Assembly (NCBI GenBank): GCA_963718615.1
Contig: OY970368.1
Location: 3,392,001 to 3,456,000, forward strand
Reading direction: 5' to 3'
Source: an uncultured cyanobacterium
Lineage (GTDB): Bacteria > Cyanobacteriota > Cyanobacteriia > PCC-9006 > JAAUQQ01
Length of the DNA: 64,000 nucleotides
Position 1 is the stretch's first letter. The number at the start of each line of letters is the position of its first letter. The translations under genes were made by a program, and so were the position numbers. The notes under the pieces were generated by a model, which had not been told where the DNA came from, searched no databases, and saw only the letters and a program-made list of their open reading frames with translations. Shown one piece after another: positions 61,088-64,000 of the stretch.

Positions 61088-61103
61088 TGTATTTTGTGCT
61101 ACA
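61088..61103. promoter_or_regulatory. NtcA-binding site
   Basis: TGTA-TTTTGTGC-TACA matches GTA-N8-TAC exactly, about 90 bp upstream of the amt remnant. Confidence 0.75.
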
Positions 61104-61304
61104 TTCCTATCGAGCTTAATAATTCTGAATAGTGTAAAAGCGTGGTGTCGTAGGAGACTCGACTGTCTCCGTCGTTCTTCCAAAAGTTTTACAGAGCTAA
61201 ACCCCTGTGGGGTCTAGCTCTTGGGGCGATCGCCCCTCCATCTCCTAAACCGGCTGGACAGAGCTAGGGCCGATGCTCATGTTTCTTCATTTACCTTTCT
61301 AGGC

Positions 61305-62426
61305 TTACTTTTCTAGGCGATTCCAGGCCTTAATCACCGCTTGCAAAGCCTGGGGCAGGCGGTCCTGTGCCAAGTCAATGTACTCAACAGCCGCACCGGA
61401 AGTCTCTAGGCGCGTCGTGGGATAATCGGCAAAGGCGGCTTGGGTGAGATAGCGCATGCGGTTCAGATTGAGAAACCGTTGTGTCTGCAAGAGACTCTGA
61501 AAATCATCGACTTCCCGCTGGGACAGTTTGCGCAACACCGTGCGAGTGGGCTGATTGCCTGGAGTCCCCGGTCGAAACTGTTCGCGATAGAGAGTCCCAT
61601 CGGTGGCCAAGATCGTCTTTTGTACCGACCCTGTGAGATCGCCACTGAGCTGGCTCTGGAAAAGAATTTGGGGTTCGAGATCGGGCGAGGGATTGCCTAA
61701 CGGGAAAAACGAGGTTAATAGCTGGCTACCGCCACCGCTCGCGGTTCGGTTTTGGGCAAGGCGGGAGCCATCTTCACTCAGATGATAAACCCACTGCGAT
61801 TGTCCAGGGGTGAGGATCACTCGAAACCCGGCTACTGCCTGTTGTGTACAAAAGCGATCGGGTTCAAAGATGCCTAGACAACCGTCCCAAACCGCAGGCT
61901 GAACCTCCAGAATTTGTAAGCGTCTAACCGGCTGCTTGAGGTCCTGGGCAGCCTTTTTAAGCAATCGTTGGCTGACTTCTTGGGTAAATTCTCCTCGGGC
62001 AAAATCAGCAGCCCCGTCTAGGGGTTCGAGGCGGAGTAGCTGTTGGCCATTGCGATCGCTCCGGTAAAACCACTGCTGTTGGCGACTCGCTATCTGTACT
62101 CGCCAGCCTTCAACCGTTCCACCTTTGCATCGCTCGTTAGGACGACCCAAGCCCAAACATTGGTCCGGCCAAATACTAGGGGTTGCTTGAACAATCTGGA
62201 GAGTTTCTGGGGCAACATTGAGCCGATTGCTTAAGTCTCGCTGCATGCGCCGCGCGAGGGCAAAAGGAATCCTAGAGCCAGTGGCCTGACTCAGAACCTG
62301 GGACTTGACAGAAGGGGATACAGGAGAAGGGGATACAGGAGAGAGTTGGGGGGCTGCGATCGCAGCCATTCCACTCCCCAACACCACCAAACTCACCAAC
62401 ACACTGACAGAACGCAGAGAAGCCAT
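61305..62426 (-). CDS. Secreted hypothetical protein with two internal W-x-D-x-CLG repeats
   Basis: Signal peptide; WPDQCLG..C...VEGWRV..WFY and WDGCLG..C...VAGFRV..WVY. Confidence 0.75.
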   Translation of the reverse strand: MASLRSVSVLVSLVVLGSGMAAIAAPQLSPVSPSPVSPSVKSQVLSQATGSRIPFALARRMQRDLSNRLNVAPETLQIVQATPSIWPDQCLGLGRPNERCKGGTVEGWRVQIASRQQQWFYRSDRNGQQLLRLEPLDGAADFARGEFTQEVSQRLLKKAAQDLKQPVRRLQILEVQPAVWDGCLGIFEPDRFCTQQAVAGFRVILTPGQSQWVYHLSEDGSRLAQNRTASGGGSQLLTSFFPLGNPSPDLEPQILFQSQLSGDLTGSVQKTILATDGTLYREQFRPGTPGNQPTRTVLRKLSQREVDDFQSLLQTQRFLNLNRMRYLTQAAFADYPTTRLETSGAAVEYIDLAQDRLPQALQAVIKAWNRLEK

Positions 62427-62514
62427 ATAGAGAGTGACCTTGCAAGATAAATGAGCGTTACTCCGTTTTTATGAAGCATTCGCCCGATGGGATGTTTCCA
62501 ACCTAAGTCAAGGT

Positions 62515-63183
62515 TTACAATCCAATGGCTCGGTTACCAAATGGGTTACCATCCGGTTGTTCACGAGAGGAACTGAGGTCTGTACTAGGCCCTAAATATC
62601 GTTCCAGATACGGGGAAAACACTTCGTAAATCAACGTCAACGGTTGGCCATGGTGCCAAAACAAATAGTGCCGTCCCCAAAACGGGCCTGACTGACTAAA
62701 GGCTTTTTCAAGGGATTGGGAATGACCATAATGAATGCCTTGGACATCGCGATAGAGCTCCGTGCGCAGCCGCGCCAGACTCAGCCAAATGGGCAGCGAT
62801 CGATTCTGTAAATACTCATCCACATGGGACGCCTCCCACCAGGATGTCGCATAGGCCAATCGCTGCCCCGAGGCCGTGCGCAACCACACCTGCCGCCGCA
62901 CCCTTGGGCCGGGTACCACCTGGACCCGCTCCGGTGCCCCATCCCCGGCCTCCTCGACCCGCGACATATCAATGACATCCACCTCCGTCCGCTCTCCGGT
63001 CAAGAGCTGCAGGTGCCGGGTGGGTGAGCCATCGCCCAAGAGCAACATCTGCCAGGCCGGAGCCAGTTTCTCGTGGGGCAGCCCCTGCTGAACTACTGCC
63101 TCTCCCCCTTCCCACAGCGGTGTGAGACTATGCCAGGTCTTAGGATTGAGCTTGCCGTCTCGTTTATCGATCGTTGCTGTCAC
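62515..63183 (-). CDS. Chorismate pyruvate-lyase (UbiC-like, DUF98)
   Basis: LLGDGSPTRHL, RRQVWL, YATSWW, WGRHYLF, TLIYEVFS. Confidence 0.88.
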   Translation of the reverse strand: MTATIDKRDGKLNPKTWHSLTPLWEGGEAVVQQGLPHEKLAPAWQMLLLGDGSPTRHLQLLTGERTEVDVIDMSRVEEAGDGAPERVQVVPGPRVRRQVWLRTASGQRLAYATSWWEASHVDEYLQNRSLPIWLSLARLRTELYRDVQGIHYGHSQSLEKAFSQSGPFWGRHYLFWHHGQPLTLIYEVFSPYLERYLGPSTDLSSSREQPDGNPFGNRAIGL

Positions 63184-63538
63184 GCCGCTTTACACAACTT
63201 AACCTCTCCCCCATCATAACGAGGTCTTGCGAGGCAGGCTGCAATGGGAGCCTTTTGCACCTGTGGCCCTCGGCCCCCAGAACCCTTCTCCCATCAGCCG
63301 ATGACCAAGTCCCGCTAAATTTGCGCGTATTCTCGGAGGAAAATCTTTTATCATGGATAAAGGGTCATCGCCTTGGGCATCTGCATTAAAGAAGCTTCAG
63401 TAAAATTACTGCTGGCTACACTAAATCTAAACAATTTTACTGCGGGATATTGCGTACCATAGGGTTACGTATTACACGCGCTTGATTGGCATGAACAGCG
63501 TTCGGCTTCCTACACCCGTGCAGACTCAGGAAGGGGCA

Positions 63539-64000
63539 ATGTCCTCTATGGCGAAGGTTTTGGTGATTGAAGATGAAGAGTCCGTACGCTTCAACATTTT
63601 GGAATTGTTGGAGGCTGAGGGCTTTGATGCCGTTGGAGCCGCCGGGGGTCAACAGGGGGTGGCGCTGGCCTTGGCGCTTAAGCCGGATCTGATTCTTTGT
63701 GATGTAATGATGGCGGATTTGGATGGCTATGGCGTTCTAGAGCAATTGCGGACGCGGCCCGACACCTCCATGATTCCGCTCATTTTTGTTACTGCTAAAA
63801 CCGCCCGTTCAGATCTGCGCCAGGGCATGAATTTAGGTGCGGATGATTACCTGACTAAACCGTTTAGCCATCGAGAATTATTGGAGGCGGTCAAGGTTCG
63901 CATTCGTCGTCATCATCAGGTGACAAAGCTGCAACAGCAGCTCCAAGCCTTGCAACGGTTGAATATTCTCAAGGATGATCTGATTAGTTCGGTATCCCAC
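63539..64000 (+). CDS. Hybrid response regulator / histidine kinase (runs off the window)
   Basis: Manual translation KVLVIEDE..PDLILCDVMM..LTKPF..LKDDLISSVSH (receiver domain, then the start of an H-box). Confidence 0.9.
   Translation, partial: MSSMAKVLVIEDEESVRFNILELLEAEGFDAVGAAGGQQGVALALALKPDLILCDVMMADLDGYGVLEQLRTRPDTSMIPLIFVTAKTARSDLRQGMNLGADDYLTKPFSHRELLEAVKVRIRRHHQVTKLQQQLQALQRLNILKDDLISSVSH

Larger units (their letters stand above)
1..64000. repeat. HIP1 (GCGATCGC, often GGCGATCGCC) dispersed throughout
   Basis: Many dozens of copies visible, e.g. near 531, 1180, 3140, 5758, 7444; not counted exactly. Confidence 0.97.

Overview
Cyanobacterial chromosome segment (about 50-55% GC by eye, dense HIP1 octamers GCGATCGC, psaF-psaJ, psb32, hemJ, cobN, an NtcA box). 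Most of it is core housekeeping or conserved cyanobacterial genes: pepA, HerA-like ATPase, tldD/tldE, ddl, ribE, hemJ, cobN, surE, tsaD, psaFJ, gmk, remA, rqcH, SWIM+SNF2 and chorismate lyase. The notable parts are: (1) an AT-rich cluster at the left edge, cut by the window, encoding a RohP/Ind4/MppP-type PLP arginine oxidase, a DapA-family aldolase and an SMR exporter with Asp at the Glu14 position, resembling the front half of the 2-aminoimidazole/azomycin pathway; (2) a roughly 12 kb surface-modification locus with a GT2, a PTPA-CTERM protein, an RTX protein, a TPR-GT61/TPR-methyltransferase/TPR-sulfotransferase operon and two tandem lamin-tail-domain + Hint autoprocessing proteins; (3) a CikA homologue lacking the GAF domain; (4) a 5'-deleted amt remnant with a perfect NtcA box still upstream; (5) many short tandem duplications of 9-16 bp. 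No rRNA, tRNA, CRISPR array or transposase was seen. All family assignments come from motifs recognised by eye; no database search was run.
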